Part shown: positions 26,412 through 40,560 of the stretch, in pieces
Numbering within the stretch: the first letter of the stretch is position 1
Layout: each line of letters begins with the position of its first letter
Assembly: GCA_951406725.2 (NCBI GenBank)
Contig: OX597817.1
Location: 2,976,001 to 3,040,000, forward strand
Reading direction: 5' to 3'
DNA length: 64,000 nt
Source of the DNA: Octopus vulgaris
Lineage: Eukaryota
The notes under the pieces: generated by a model
The model's input: the letters and a program-made list of their open reading frames with translations, nothing else
What the model was told of the DNA's origin: nothing
Database searches by the model: none
Position numbers and translations under genes: made by a program

Positions 26412-28249
26412 ATATTAGATAAGTACTCTGTGTACTTTGACATCGGCTCTTTTTGTTGTCTGCTTCAGTACTCTACAATATAATTCCTCGCTAAAATATC
26501 TCATACCATTATATGCTATAATACATACATATATTACACCAAATCTATGAAATACAACTTTTATTAAACTATGTCATATATCAGGCATGCGTGAAGACAA
26601 AAGTAACTCAGTATATATATATATAAATAAAATTTTTCGTGTCCAATTATCAAGACAGAATTATTATAACGCTTAGATAATGATATCTATGTTAATATCT
26701 ATTTCATTGATTGATTAATTAACCTTTTTGATCTTTTGAATATTCTTGCATAAATTGTTTCTTACTATTAATTTTTTTTGTTTTTTATTATAACACCTTA
26801 CTACTATATTATCGTCTCCAAGTGTTGGCTGTCTGAATAATCTTTCGAATGATCCTATCTTTCAATTCGATTACTTCAACAAATGAGTCGCCCCTTCATT
26901 CGCTTTACGTTTTGGCAGTTTGTCAGCGCAACTTACTACATTAACCATAGGAGATATCGGTAATGAAATGAGTCGGGTTCACACTATTTGTACGCTGTTG
27001 ATAAAAACGACGAAGTTGTATCCAGTGTATATTGACTTATGAGCTACAGAAAGTGTGATTCTATACGATCGTCTCACTATGAAAATATAGAGCAACCAAA
27101 TTTCCCTCGAATCATACTCCACAGTCTACTTAAAAAACAAAAGTGGACACATTGAATAATATCTTAAATACATTGCCGAGAGAAAAATGGAACAGTCATG
27201 GCTGGAAGACATGGCTCGACCTGCGCCTAAACAACAAGCTCAGTGTGTAGTAATTTTCCTGCTTTATTTAATACTGTTTTGAAGATTACTTACTAAGAGC
27301 TATTTCTCGTGGCATTCATTGCGGATCTACCTCATTACATTAGTTACATAATAATACAGCAAATGAGATTGTGATGTTGATTCATTTTTCAGTGCAAATG
27401 AAGTAAAATAACGCCAAACTGAAACTAGTTAGTGACTAATCAGCAAATTCTATTTGATAGTTATACTTCTAAGTGCCGATTAAACAGGTGATTTACTTAT
27501 GGTTACCTATTTCGGCGATATTTGCCGACTCATAAAGGAAATTCAGCATAAATAAGTCGGGGGAAGAATGTATATTTTTATTCTGCTTGTTACGACATGC
27601 GTTCAGATGTTCATGCTGTGAAATTAAAGACCTGATTAAAAATTTTATCACAAAACAGCGTTACAGGACTCTGTAAATTTGTGCACCTTAACAAAAAGAT
27701 GAACTTTCATAAAACTTGGAAATCTCATAGGCAAAATCAGAATTAAATAAATGCTTATAAATCGAATAAACAGATTTATAGTTTGAAAGAACTGATAGAC
27801 AAAAAATAAGGCACACAATAGAAAAGAAAGAAAAGCAAAATCACATTCCCTGCACTCGGTTTTTAACAAAAACAGCAAAAATTTAAAATGTGTATCGCTT
27901 GGCCACTATTGGTGATAGCCTCCTCGATATTTCCACCTATCCACTTCACACTTTCTCTACTTCTATTTCTCTTTTGTTTTATTCAACATTATTATTGTAC
28001 CGAAGAAAATGAAAATGAAAATGCCTTCTCCATCAAGTTTATGTAACACATGTTCTGGGAAATGAATGACAAGACCATTCTTTAGAATTGTTCAACGATT
28101 GCGGAAGTAGCAGGAATACGCCACCTTACGTAATGTAGCTTTATTGTTCAAAATGTATTTTTTAAAAAGACATATTAGATACATACAATGAAATTAGTTT
28201 CCACTTGAGAAGAGATGGCAGTTATGGTTAATTACCCCTCCCTCAGCTT

Positions 28250-28815
28250 TAATAAATGAGCAAGCCTGTGATTAGAAGCTTTCCAACCATAATTGCATAT
28301 TTTTTTAGCGAATCTAACTTCATTATTCAATGCCCTCCTTTTGTTTTAAAAGACTGTTGGTGTGATTTGGAGTTTTAGCTGCTACATCTTGTATATTGAC
28401 TAGCCACGTAGGGACTAACTCTTGTTGATGCCCGTGATTTGACAAGGTAAGCCAGAAATGGTGACACCTTCACTACAAATTCAATAAGCATATCTAATGC
28501 TATTGTGTGCATCTTCACAGTAATAACCTCAACTGCCATTGAAGTAATAATCTGTAGCAAAACTGAGTTAACAACCTTAATTGCCATCAGTAATAATTAC
28601 TGCAATAATGACTTTCATTTGAGAAACGAGGGAGTCTCTATGCTGTCACAAGAAATAGTTGAATACCCCTCAGATCACACCCTGCCTTCCCAAAGAAAGG
28701 CTGCAGTGAAAAATGTTATAGATACAGTATGTCTGAAAACAAAGGACGTTGTGGTCATACACGGAATAGCTTTGACTACAGCTCCGCTCTGCGCAGGTTA
28801 ACTATGGATTAATCA
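28250..28815. mobile_element. Head-to-head pair of family E repeats
   Basis: ~28250-28420 antisense and ~28630-28815 sense. Confidence 0.6.
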
Positions 28816-28844
28816 ATGACAGTATGGCTTCCGCTTTGCACACA

Positions 28845-29015
28845 AGGCGGGGTGAGCTGATACCATCAACGCCAGTACTTCTCTAGTATTTCATTTTGTC
28901 GACCCCGAAAGATGAAAGTCAAAGTTGACCGCGTCAGTATTTGATCAAAGGACTTAAAGAGCAGGAACAATTACTGCAATGCATTTTTGCCGACGCTCTA
29001 ACGATTCTGCCGACC
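28845..29015 (-). mobile_element. Degenerate family A SINE
   Basis: GTCGACCCCGAAAGATGAAAGTCAAAGTTGACC is the reverse complement of the core. Confidence 0.75.
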
Positions 29016-30931
29016 ATGCAATAACCCATCCTTATTATAGAAATAATCGCAATATCCTCCAACAGCTTTACCTCAAATTCCCTCACACATCAATATAACT
29101 GTGCAGTATTCACCATTATATGAGCTATTGACACTCCTCAATCTAGTGGACTTGAAATAGCCGAACCTCGCTTCCACAGCAGATAAGGTTGATCTTAATA
29201 TTCTTTGTCTAAATATCAGTCTGGATGTTTGCGGCTGGGACATCTCTAATCATAGGTCTTTTTTCCTAGCCTGACTTGTGGCTAAACAGCAACCAAACTT
29301 TACCATCACAACCACCGCTACCATTATCCCTCTCACTACAACCCTACATTTTGGCACTTCTTGAATATGTACTTCGTTGACATCCCCCATTGACCTGATG
29401 CAAGTACGACCAACTGTAACAAATGCCACGTGAATATCCTTTTGTTTCTATATCATCTCTCTATATATCTCCCTCCTATGTTATTCTTGCCCGGGAGATT
29501 CACAGACATCTACATACAATCTACTGCTGTCACTGCCACTAACAACCGAACCATCCACTGTCTTTCTCTTCATATAACCCCTGTTACTCTAATTAGTGTC
29601 AAGAGCGAAGCTATTATTCTTCAGTATTTTTTTTCAATTCCTTTTGCTTGCTTTTGACCGGAAGTCAGTCCTTTTTTTTCCCTTCCTTTTCCTCTCTACT
29701 TCCTTTCAGGTTGATATTGAATTATATTCTACGCTCGCGGCGTATCGACTCTGTAATGTGACTTTTGTTTCCTGAAAAAACTACTTAAAACTGTTCTTGC
29801 TACATCGGAAAGGCAAGGCTATCGCCACTTCATATTCGTCATGTCATTCATTACACTATAGACTCTGTGCTTATTGTTAAACCGAAGCAATAATTGTGTC
29901 AGACAAAAGGTTTGAGTTGACTTTTCACTTTTATTTTCAAATTTCCAAGTTGATGATCAAAAGCATTGCATTCGCGGTCATCTCGTCTATTACGAATTTA
30001 TTATGTCTATTACAAAATTATTTTATGTCATCGCATTTTTGAGATTGTAATGTATGATTTGAAAATTCAACTGCTATTTTTCGTAGGTCAAAGAGCCGCA
30101 TCGTTGACTGATTAATAGCAATGAGCCATGTGGAACGATTCAATATATGTCTTTGCTACAAATTTATTGCCTGCAAATCTTAAAAGCATTGTTTTTTGAA
30201 ATGAGTACAAATATTATTTTCGTGTTGCTTCCATTAATTAGTCCCTTAAAATGGCTTGTTTCCAGGTACTGGCTAAGTAAAATTCACTAATGAGATAAAT
30301 CACATCATTAGATACAAAGAGAGATTCTCAACGTGGCCATTCGAGTTGCTTGAACCAGAAACAAAATACTCTCTGATTACAAACTCTAGTGTGCGAAGTC
30401 AGTGGTGATGGAGTGGGGTACATGTTAGATAATATGGCTTTGAATACATTATGTCTGAAAAGAAATGAATGCGGTTGATCGTAGTTCTCCACAATCAAGA
30501 TCTTAATCTGGAACTAATCAAGGAATCGACATCTGCAGCCTCTTAAATGGTCCTTTGACTTACTAGAAATTGACACCAAGTATCCACGTTACATCCTGCC
30601 ATCTTAAAAAATATAATATAAACTTTCATACAATGCGGCTGAAAACGGCAGTGGTCACAGCTGGAACTGTGCTATCCTGTGGCTAAATTATAGCTGGAGG
30701 GAGTATATTCTGTATTTCCTATGATAAAGCAGAGATTGCTTCTGCAACGGCAAGTCTAGTACAAACTCTTTACAGCCTTAGCTACAGCTGTAAGTCTTGC
30801 AAAAACCTTCATTGAGATCGGGAAGATGTCTTCGTGCATCGCGGAGCCCAGAAGCTCTCCTACCTTCCAAATTACAACTGAACCTGTTTGAAAATGGACG
30901 TAAGGAGGGTTTTGCAAAATTGTTTACTATA

Positions 30932-31295
30932 GGCGCAGGAGTGGCTGTGTGGTAAGTAGCTTGCTTACCAACCACATGGTTCCGGGTTCAGTCCCACTGC
31001 GTGGCACCTTGGGCGAGTGTCTTCTACTATAGCCTCGGATCAACCAAAGCCTTGTGAGTGGATTTGGTAGACGAAAACTGAAAGAAGCTCACATATATAT
31101 ATGTGTATGTATGTGTTTGTGTCTGTGTTCTTCCCCCCACCCACCCACCATCGCTTGACAAATACAGCGGCTCGTCAAAAGAGACTGATAGAATAAGTAC
31201 TAGGCTTACAAAGAATAAGTCCTGGGGTCGATTTCCTCGACTAAAGACGGTGCTCCAGCATGGCCACAGTCAAATGACTGACATAAAATAAGATT
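30932..31295 (+). mobile_element. Family B tRNA-derived SINE (octopus OR-like, CORE-like motif, CR1-like tail)
   Basis: A box TGGCTGTGTGG, B box GGTTCAGTCCC, CCTTGGGCGAGTG, internal TA/TG run, tail GGTGCTCCAGCATGGCCACAG. Confidence 0.9.
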
Positions 31296-31439
31296 TTATA
31301 AGCAGTACTTCATCACGTCTATCCCGTTCTACTTCAACACCTCATATATTAACTGTGTCAAGGTTTGTGATCTTGTTGATTTGAAGCAACCAGAAGTAAT
31401 TATTAATCTTCATTTACTGTCAATGTATTTTTAGAGTTA

Positions 31440-31835
31440 GCCACCTATCCTCACAAATCTTGTCAATCTTTGTATTTCTGTACAAGTATATCCGGATTGT
31501 TGGAATAGCCCTACAGTGTAATCTATTCTGAAGAAAAGCAATCACTTTAAACCTACCGACTGTCGTCTTATCAGATGCATTTCAAAATTTCAGAATGCGA
31601 ATCTCTTGAATCTCTTTCCTTCCTGACTGACAACCAGTATGACTTGATAAAGACACATCAACTACAGGTTTATCCTTTCGTATCACAAGAAATTTGGGGA
31701 GAAAAGTCGTATTGCTATCCTGGACATCAGCAAAACTTTCAACCATATCTGACATGGGAACCTCTTGTTAAAACCTCATGTCTATGATCACTATCCGTCT
31801 TCCAGATAGATTTACTGTCAGACTGTTCGATAAGT
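31440..31835 (+). mobile_element. Highly degenerate LINE reverse-transcriptase remnant (CR1/Jockey-like)
   Basis: YPDCWN, LESLSFLTDNQY, AILDISKTFNHI*HGNLLLK resemble RT motifs QYGFR and LDISKAFDRVWH. Confidence 0.7.
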
Positions 31836-31845
31836 CACATATAAT

Positions 31846-32417
31846 GGTGAACTGACAGTCGTTGACACACCAGATGAAATGCTTAGCGGTATTTCGTTTG
31901 CCGCTACGTTCTGAGTTCAAATTCCGCCGAGGTCGACTTTGCCTTTCATTCTTTCGGGGTCGATTAAATAAGTACCAGTTACGCACTGGGGTCGATATAA
32001 TCTACTTAATCCGTGTGTCTGTCCTTGTTTGTCCCCTCTGTGTTTAGCCCCTTGTGGGTAGTAAAGAAATGGGTATTTCTTCCAGCTCTATGTTCTGAGT
32101 TCAAATGTTGCTGAGGACGACTTTTCCTTTCAGCGTTTTGGGATCGATTAAATAAGTACCAATTACGCACTGGGGTCGATATAATCGACATAATCCGTGT
32201 GTCTGTCCTTGTTTCTCCCCTCTGTGTTTAGCCCCTTGTGGGTAGTAAAGAAATAGGTATTTCTTCCAGCTCTATGTTCTGAGTTCAAATGTTGCTGAGG
32301 TCGACTTTTCCTTTCAGCGTTTTGGGATCGATAAGTACCAGTTGAGTATTGGGGGTCGATGTTATCGATTATCCCCCTTTCCCAAAATTTGAGGCCTTGT
32401 GCCTAGAGTAGAATTAT
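31846..32417 (+). mobile_element. Family A SINE trimer with 184-bp period
   Basis: Units start at GGTATTTC at 31888, 32072 and 32256; first two end in the a-tail, the last in the b-tail. Confidence 0.9.
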
Positions 32418-33059
32418 TTCTCCTTATCCGATTGATGCATGGTGGTAGATTCAATTTTTAATGAATTTCTAATGTAATTAGTATCAACATCTCACTGTGC
32501 CTTCTTTCAGTACTTTCATTATTCATCCAGTTTTGGCTTACCCGCGTTTTAGATTGTGTTGAGGACGTAGTTTTTTAATTTATTTTCATATATCTAAATA
32601 ACCTATTATATAATGCACGCTCTAGAAATATTGTGCGCATTGTGTATTGCATGTTTGCTGTGTGTGTGAGCGGCAGTTTAGCAAACTTCCTCCTTTCTAC
32701 TTCCGTTGAAACTTTCGTACAAGTGTAAAATGTATAAAAAAAAAATCCTAATATAATTTCCTACATTAGCATGATATTACAATGTTTCTCAGTGGAACGA
32801 GCAAGCGAGAGCTTGGAAGATTCTAAATATCTATCGATGCTGTATGAGGAAAATAGATTTGGAGAGAAACATGTGCAGTTGTAATGTTTATGACATCTTT
32901 CCCCATGAACGTTATTAAATGGAACCGAAATAAAACATTATTGAACAGAAATAAGGCATCGAAGTAATAAAATTGAAATAAAACTATTGATGAAATGGAA
33001 TTGAAACAGTAAAACTGTTGTAAGAGACGGATTTCTTATCAAATCTATTTTCCCTTTGG

Positions 33060-34112
33060 TTTTTCTCTTTCTTTGTTTCTTTATTTCTTGCCCCTTTCTC
33101 CCCCTTTCTCCCTCTCTCGGCCTTTTTCTTCTCGCGTATTTTTCTCTTTTGCTTTTCATCTTCCCTTTCTCATTTCATTCCTCTCTCTCACTTCTCTCTC
33201 TCCCCTCACTTCTCTCCCTTTCTTTTCACTTCCCTCTCTCTCACTCTCCTCACTACTCTCTCTTCACTTCTTTCTCTCTCTCTTCACTTCTTTCTCTCTC
33301 TCTTCACTTCTTTCTCTCTCTCTCTCTCTCACTTCACTTCTTTCTCTCTCTCTCTTCTCTTCTTTCTCTCTGTCTCTTCTCTTCTTTCTCTCTGTCTCTT
33401 CTCTTCTTTCTCTCTCTCTTCTCTTCTTTCTCTCTGTCTCTTCTCTTCTTTCTCTCTTCTCTTCTTTCTCTCTCTTCTCTTCTTTCTCTCTCTCTTCTCT
33501 TTCTTTCTCTCTTCTCTCTCTCTTCTTTCTCTCTCTCTCTCTCTCTTCACGTCTTTCTCTCTCTCTTCCCTTCTCTCTCTCTTCCCTTCTCTCTCTCTCT
33601 TCCCTTCTCTCTCTTTCTCTCTTCCCTTCTCTCTCTTTCTCTCTTCCCTTCTCTTTCTCTCTTCCCTTCTCTCTCTCTCTTCCCTTCTCTCTCTCTTCCC
33701 TTCTCTCTCTCTCTTCCCTTCTCTCTCTCTCTTCCCTTCTCTCTCTCTTCCCTTCTCTCTCTCTCTCTCTCCCTTCTCTCTCTCTCTTCCTTTCTCTCTC
33801 TCTCTTCCCTTCTCTCTTTCTCTTCCTTTCTCTCTTTCTCTTCCTTTCTCTCTCTCTCTTCCTTTCTCTCTCTCTCTCTCTTCACTTCTTTCTTTCTCTC
33901 TCTCTTCACTTCTTTCTTTCTCTCTCTCTTCTCTTTTTTTTTCTCTCTTCTCTTTTTTTTTCTCTCTCTCTCTTCTCTCTATCTCTTCTCTCTATCTCTT
34001 CTCTCTATCTCTTCTCTCTCTTCTCTCTATCCCTTCTCTCTCTTCTCTCTATCCCTTCTCTCTCTTCTCGTCTTTCTCTCCTCACCCCTCTCTCTGTCTC
34101 CTCTCTCTCTTT
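33060..34112. repeat. ~1-kb CT-rich polypyrimidine compound satellite
   Basis: Almost only C/T, with sub-units such as CTCTCTTCCCTT and CTCTTCACTTCTTT. Confidence 0.97.
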
Positions 34113-37100
34113 CCATATTCCTTTCCCGAATTACCGCCTTTTTTTTCCACAATGCTAATCCGCGGGTGGCACCTTGGTGAGAGGACGGAGGTTAATGATA
34201 CAGATGTTATCTTTGTATCTGCATGTAAAAGGGGTGGAGTGATAATTTATGCAAATGTCAATTTGCAATAGACAGATGTCTACTTGAACTATGACACAGA
34301 ATTAAGCGCTCAAACAAAACAGAAAATCGCTTGTGCTTAGATTTCAGACTCATGGATTATGTGCAAGCATTTCAAAAAGTCGACTCACAATTTTTCCATT
34401 TTTTCTGCGTCCTTTCTTACCGCGGTTTCACTCCGTGGACTTGAGGAAAGTACCTAAGCTCTTTGTTGGTGAGCTTAGGCAATATTGCAACTTTACTACG
34501 GTTTAATTTTATTTTAAAACCTGGAATAGTCTTCCGCAAGCTTGAATTAAGTTCCTTTACTTTTATGCTTTCTTGAAATATTATCGTTTACAGTAATTCT
34601 AAAATTGGCTATTAGTGGCCAACTTTAGTAGATTATTTAGTTTGACTGGTTAACCATACTTTCCGATTCCAAGCAGTATAGTTTTAGCATGGCGAAAAAA
34701 GAGTTACTTCTGTTTTGACACTTTGCTTCTTTTTTTTTTTCTCTGTATATGCCGGTTAAAAAAATTTTTTCTGTATATACCGGGTTTTTCTCTTTTACTG
34801 CGTTCACTGGAGCACGTCTTTGCCAAGATACCACCGTCTAATTAAAGCTAATAGTTATTTCGACCTACAGTAGTTATTTTATCGAGCCTCGGAAAAAAAT
34901 GGAAAACAAATGGAAGATTTGAACTTGTATAATATTAAATAGTAACTATCTTGGGAGTACAGATTTTTGCTGTAACCAGTGACTCTGCTGAGTTTAATTA
35001 AAGAGTGTTTCGATAAAGTGGTAAATTCTCCTGTTGGGGAATCTGTCCTGCTGGAGAGGAGTTGATAAGTACGGATTGCTTTGCTCGAAAGACTACATAG
35101 ATTTGAACACTATTGATTTCCGTATTGTCGAGTGTATTACACAACTTTAAAGATAGTAGTCTTTCGTTGCAGTTTGTATTATCTTTCATTTTTTAATCTA
35201 TCTTTTTATCTCTCCACCACCCCTCTCTCTTTCTCTCTCCGCCTCACACCAGTAAGCAACGTCAATCGGGTATTTTATTTAACACAAAAAAAGTGATTTT
35301 GAATGGCAATTCTGTTGGCAAAAATATAAAATAAAACATTTCCCACATGATCTGGTGTTACATCATCTCAGTTTCTGATCTTTTAATATGACCTTACAAC
35401 TATTCTAAGCCAGGCTTCTCAGGATTCTCTTGTTCCACGAGAGATCTACTCTCCCCAGCACCATCACCTCTTCTTCTCCACTCCAAGCAAACAAACTAAA
35501 CAAATAAATTAATGAATAAATACAATCTCGAAAATAATAAAACCTGCTTTTCTCACTAATTTCACTCTTCGCACATACCCTGATAAACAAATAAACAAGT
35601 GAGAATCTGTTTAACCTTTTCTGCGAGTGGAAAGCAATATCAATTGCTGCTTATCCATCATCAGTCTACATCTCGTCTCCTGCTTTAACTACATTTCAGA
35701 ACCACTGCGGTGGCTTGCCGATGAAATCTAACTACATTTCAGCGATGTGAAAGCGTTTTACTTTTATTTTTCTGTTCTTTCTTTATGTAAAGTTGCTATT
35801 CCATTTATGTAGAAATATTTAATGAATTGCGTTGGCTGAGAAAATAGAGCATTGGGCTAGATATGTTTTACTGTAATCTAGCAGATACTTCCCTGTAATA
35901 ACTAGATTCGATATTGCAGCACAGAAGCCCTTTCTTTTAAGTTCAAGTTTTATCTTCTTTCCAAGGACAGCCATATACTGCGTACGAGTTTTTGACATAA
36001 ATTTTTTTTTTTTTAATTTGACATGGCTTTGGCAATAAAATGTTTAGATTGTGTATGTTTTATCGTAACTAGACATGATTCTCCTATTATAAGTTTAATC
36101 TGAACTTTTCTAGCGAAGACGACACTATCTTGCTGCATATAAAAGCTCCCAATATAAATTACTTTCTCATTAAATTTATATTTACAAAAGGAATGTAATT
36201 GGTGAAGCTAAAACAGCAGTAGGGACCTCAAGCATTTGAGTTCATATCTTGTTGGAGTCAGCTTTTCAAATCATTTCTTCAGGGTCAAGAAAATATGAGT
36301 CAAATTCTAAAGGCCGATGTTATGGACTGTACCTCTGTAGTAAGTAATACATATCGTATTTACTAAAAAGAAATCGGTTACCAGCGAACTTACATTTTTT
36401 TTTTCTGTTTTTATTTTCTTTTTATGAGGTTGTTGATTTCTAATGGTCATTTTTCTTTCCACTAATCTCACTTGAGCTTAACGATTTTAAATCAATGCTT
36501 AATATGTTAATCGGGCACGGTAATAAATTGATGCCGATGACCTACTCCTCAACGAATATATACAGGCATAGTACACGCATACAAACACGTACATACACGT
36601 GCACACAAGCACAAACACATTCCCTCTCCTCTCTCTCTCTCCCTCTCTCTCTGTTTACAAAAGTAACCGCAATTCAAATCAACACTAAAAGTAATACTTT
36701 CAACTATCTTAAATACACTGTATATACTTGTTGCGAATTCGACATTTAGACAGGATTAATTCTAATCCTCAAGATTAATCTTCTTAAAATTATCAGGTAG
36801 TAGTGACTTCAATAATTCACAGATATGCATACGATACGTCTCAACATTGGTCTCGTGTGGGGAGATACGAATACATAAATATTAGTCTGTTTCATCACAA
36901 GCACATTCATATTAATGCAGTTTACACGCAAATGCTAATGTGTAGCGAAGATCACAATAAAGATGAAAGTAAGTTTCAGTCAAGTTGATTTCACAGACAG
37001 GTTTCGATTCTCAATAGGACGTCTTTCCCTTTACTTTACATTCGAGTCGATTATCAAGCCTCTACGTGGTCAATCGACATGTTTCAAATCGTAACCGAAT

Positions 37101-37163
37101 ATTCCTCAAATTACCTCTACCACATGAAAAAGACTTTAGTTGGGCTATAACAGCAGCACCAAA

Positions 37164-37394
37164 GGCGGCGAGCTGGCAGAACTGTTAGCATGCCGGGCGA
37201 AATGCGTAGCCGTATTTCGTCTGGCGTTACATTCCGAGTTCAAATTCCGCTGCGGTCGACTTTGCCTTTCATCCTTTCGGGGTCGATAAATTAAGTACCA
37301 GTTACGCACTGGGGTCGATGTAATCGACTTAAATCGTTTGTCTGTCCTTGTTTGTCCCCTCTGTGTTTAGCCCCTTGTGGGTAGTAAAGAAATG
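37164..37394 (+). mobile_element. Near-consensus family A (a-tail) SINE
   Basis: Complete head, core and tail; TSD TATAACAGCAGC at 37146-37157 and 37395-37406. Confidence 0.95.
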
Positions 37395-39284
37395 TATAAC
37401 AGCAGCTACAACTTCTTGAAAGAAGAACGCACGCATCAAAGCCACTCATTTATATTCAGTATAATTGTCGTTTCCGACTCCTGTAAAAAAAAAAAGGGCT
37501 TCTTTCAGCTATTAAATTTGCATTGAAACGATAAACAGTACCAGAGTAATAATTATAACATATTTAGACTATAAGTTGTGAATGTGTGAAATTTCAGTTT
37601 CGATCCCAGTGAAAAGAAACTTGCCAAAGAGTGATAAAAGTAATTGATCATGTATTCGATTCTACACTACAAAATTTAATCCTGAAATGAAGTATTTTAC
37701 ATTTACTAAGTAACTCCAAACGAGTTGTTTCGTGCTAATGCTTACTTGTTAAAATCTTAATACGTTTCTTGCATACTGTTTTCTCGTGTTCCTAAAATAC
37801 AGGATCTTTGTTTTCGAGTATTGGTAAATATGTTTTAAACCGTAGCTACGCCGTAAGAATTAACGAACGACTCCTTTGCCTGTAGCTCTGAGTACACGTT
37901 CATCTGTGATAGTTGGCAATTTATTTACTAACAGGGTTGGGTAGGGAATCGAGTTCCAATGAGGTTAACATGTTCTAGATATGCTTATCTGAGAATGAAG
38001 CCTCTTATGTAGTTTCTAATCACTTCATTAGAGTATGACTCATTTTCTATCATTAAACTACTGAGACATTAAACCGGGAAAGTTCACTATTAAGCCGTTG
38101 TTGTTGTTGTTGTTGTTCTTGACATTATTTATATATATATTTTTTGTCTTTATATTCTAATAATAATAATAAAATAACTGTATTTTCTAAGACAGATTGT
38201 GCAATTGTGACATTTTCTTTCTGCTGGATAAAACCGGCATAAAATGGATTTTTTTTTTCAAGATAACAGTCTGTTCCATTTAAATGTCCTTATGTTTATC
38301 TCTGAACTATGTTTCTCTGGTCGTCCCTCTTATAAACTTGCAAACTTGAAAGATGACATTTTAATTGCTATAATAAAACAACTACTGTTATTAATGTTGC
38401 TACAAGCAGTAAGTCTTTGTTTCTCTCTTTTCCTCTGACAACTGATTTGTTGTCTTTTTTAAAAGAAATATCTTTACGTAATATGAAATAAATTTCAGAT
38501 AATGTCAATGATGTGACATTGTAATGTCTGATAGTGCTGGTATAATCGTGTGGCTAGGATTGCGTGGGTTTTGGTGTTAATGTTTTGTGTTATTTACAAA
38601 CACCTTTTTCTAACTGCACTGTTTTTGCACACTGGTGGATTTGAGTTCGAGTTTACCATGCAACGGGACAGGTCTTCAGTTGCGTCTTGTTAATATAAGC
38701 TATATACCTTTTATTACATTGTATTTTATTCACTTGGAACTAATTGACATTTCTGATAGCGCATAGTTATTGTGAGACATAGTAAGGCTCAATTCATTTG
38801 AGTAAGTACCATTATGGTTGTTTTGCGGCAGGATCTGTTTCTGATAAAATCAGTGCAGGACGGGGTGAATAACAATAGTTGTGTTGTGATGTGCAGGTAG
38901 AAAGATAGCGTCGGTGTGTTGTTGTGGTGCTTTAGTAGTCGTGACAGTGTCTAGATCACTGTGATGCAGTATTGGCCTTCATACTGTTTTATATCAAGAT
39001 ATTGATCGATCTATGTGGCTTTACTTAACAGTTGGATTGTTATGGTCTGTGAGTCGAAACGGAAACATGAATGTTTTTCTACATGAAACATCGATTTCTT
39101 TGGGTGATAAGGAAAATTCTTCAATTTATCAGGAGAGCAGACGTAGAGGAAAGTTAAACTTGTGACATGGTTTTTCTCTATAGCCATAATGTGAAATTAG
39201 TTTCATATCCTGTTTGCAGAATTGTTCTATGTGGTGAATTTGGTTTTCTGTTTGCTTATCTTTATATCTAGGAAACTCCTGGAG

Positions 39285-39690
39285 TTATTTAGTCAACAGT
39301 GAAAGAACTATGATTAAAAAGCTTTCACGCAATGACTTTCAAATCTTTTTTTTTTTTTAATCACATATTGGCAGAGCTCCAGACTATATCAACCAATATG
39401 TCTAATAAAACGGTAGGAAGTGATTCTACATAAATTAACTGCTATTTCCAGCATGCCAGGTGACCACGTCGAAGCTCCATCATCGTATCGTTGTAACGCT
39501 GTTAATATTTAGCGCTTACGTCAGTTCTGAATCACTCTGGCCCGTGTATGATCAAAAGCATTCCTATATATAAGGAACTCACAACCACATATAACCTGTA
39601 CGCCTCTAAGACGGTAGAGTATGATTTGAGATTAATTTTGTTGCTATTTCTAATAGTCACTTACTACGTAGAGGTTCCTTTGTTGGCTCA
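39285..39690 (-). mobile_element. Two tandem family E repeats
   Basis: CTGCTATTTCCAGCATG..GTGACCACGTCGAAG and TATGATCAAAAGCATTCC..AAGACGGTAGAGTATGATTTGAG. Confidence 0.65.
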
Positions 39691-40329
39691 CCGTAGAATA
39701 GTACTTAAGTGTGTGTGTGTGTGTGTATTTTGTTATAGACATAGTAACAGTGAAAATGTCAGGAGCAACGCTAACAGCACGGATATGTAAATAATAGACA
39801 GTTATCGTGTGGCTGCTGATGCTGCTGATTCGACATTAGAAATGGTGCTACTACCGAAGTAAAATATCTGTGCGTGAGAGCGCACGCATTTGGGTGTATC
39901 CGAGCACATGCCGAAATCCGCACGCGCACACGTTATATTTAGGCTGATCCAGTAACCCGCTACTCTGGGGGTTTTCCGACGTTTACTTTTTCAAACTGGA
40001 ATAAAATTAACTTGTGTGTATGTATTTATATGTATGCATATTTGTCTTAGTGTTTGAAAGTGTTTCACAGTTATGAGGTCCTGGATTCCATCACTGTGCG
40101 CATCATTTTGGGCAAAGTTTTTTCTGTAGAACCAATCCAAGCCCTGTTTATCAAATTGGGTTAACCGAAATTTTGTTAAAATTTATTGGATACACTGAAT
40201 ATATTATTCAAAAGGCCACCATTGTTACCCACTCAGTCATGAAATTTTAGTCTGAGCGGTACACTTGCGGTATCAGTATTTGTTTGATTCAATTGCATAA
40301 ATGAAATTTAAAAATTTGTACAATAAAAG

Positions 40330-40560
40330 CAGGTATTGCACATAAAATATTCTCATTTCGCCTTTACTTAAATGCGGACAACATCCAGCTTGCCCTCCCA
40401 TCACAATTGGCCCAGATGCTTGATCTCGCCAGTACTGAGGATGAACTCTGATGAACGCATATCCTTAAAATAGGAAAGTTAATATTGCTCTGTATTGCTC
40501 CTCTGTCTGCAAAGGTCATGCTACTGCTACTCATACAGGTATCTCAGACGGCATCGAGTG
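40330..40560 (-). mobile_element. Possible internally deleted mariner remnant
   Basis: Minus-strand EQYRAILTFLF*G..RVH resembles the mariner N-terminus. Confidence 0.35.

Noticed and set aside
31846-32417. CRISPR-like repeat array
   Set aside because: Eukaryotic DNA; the units are full SINE bodies without unique spacers or cas genes.
33056-34180. 374-aa and 361-aa S/L/F-rich ORFs and E/R/K-rich antisense ORFs
   Set aside because: Artefacts of the CT-rich tract.
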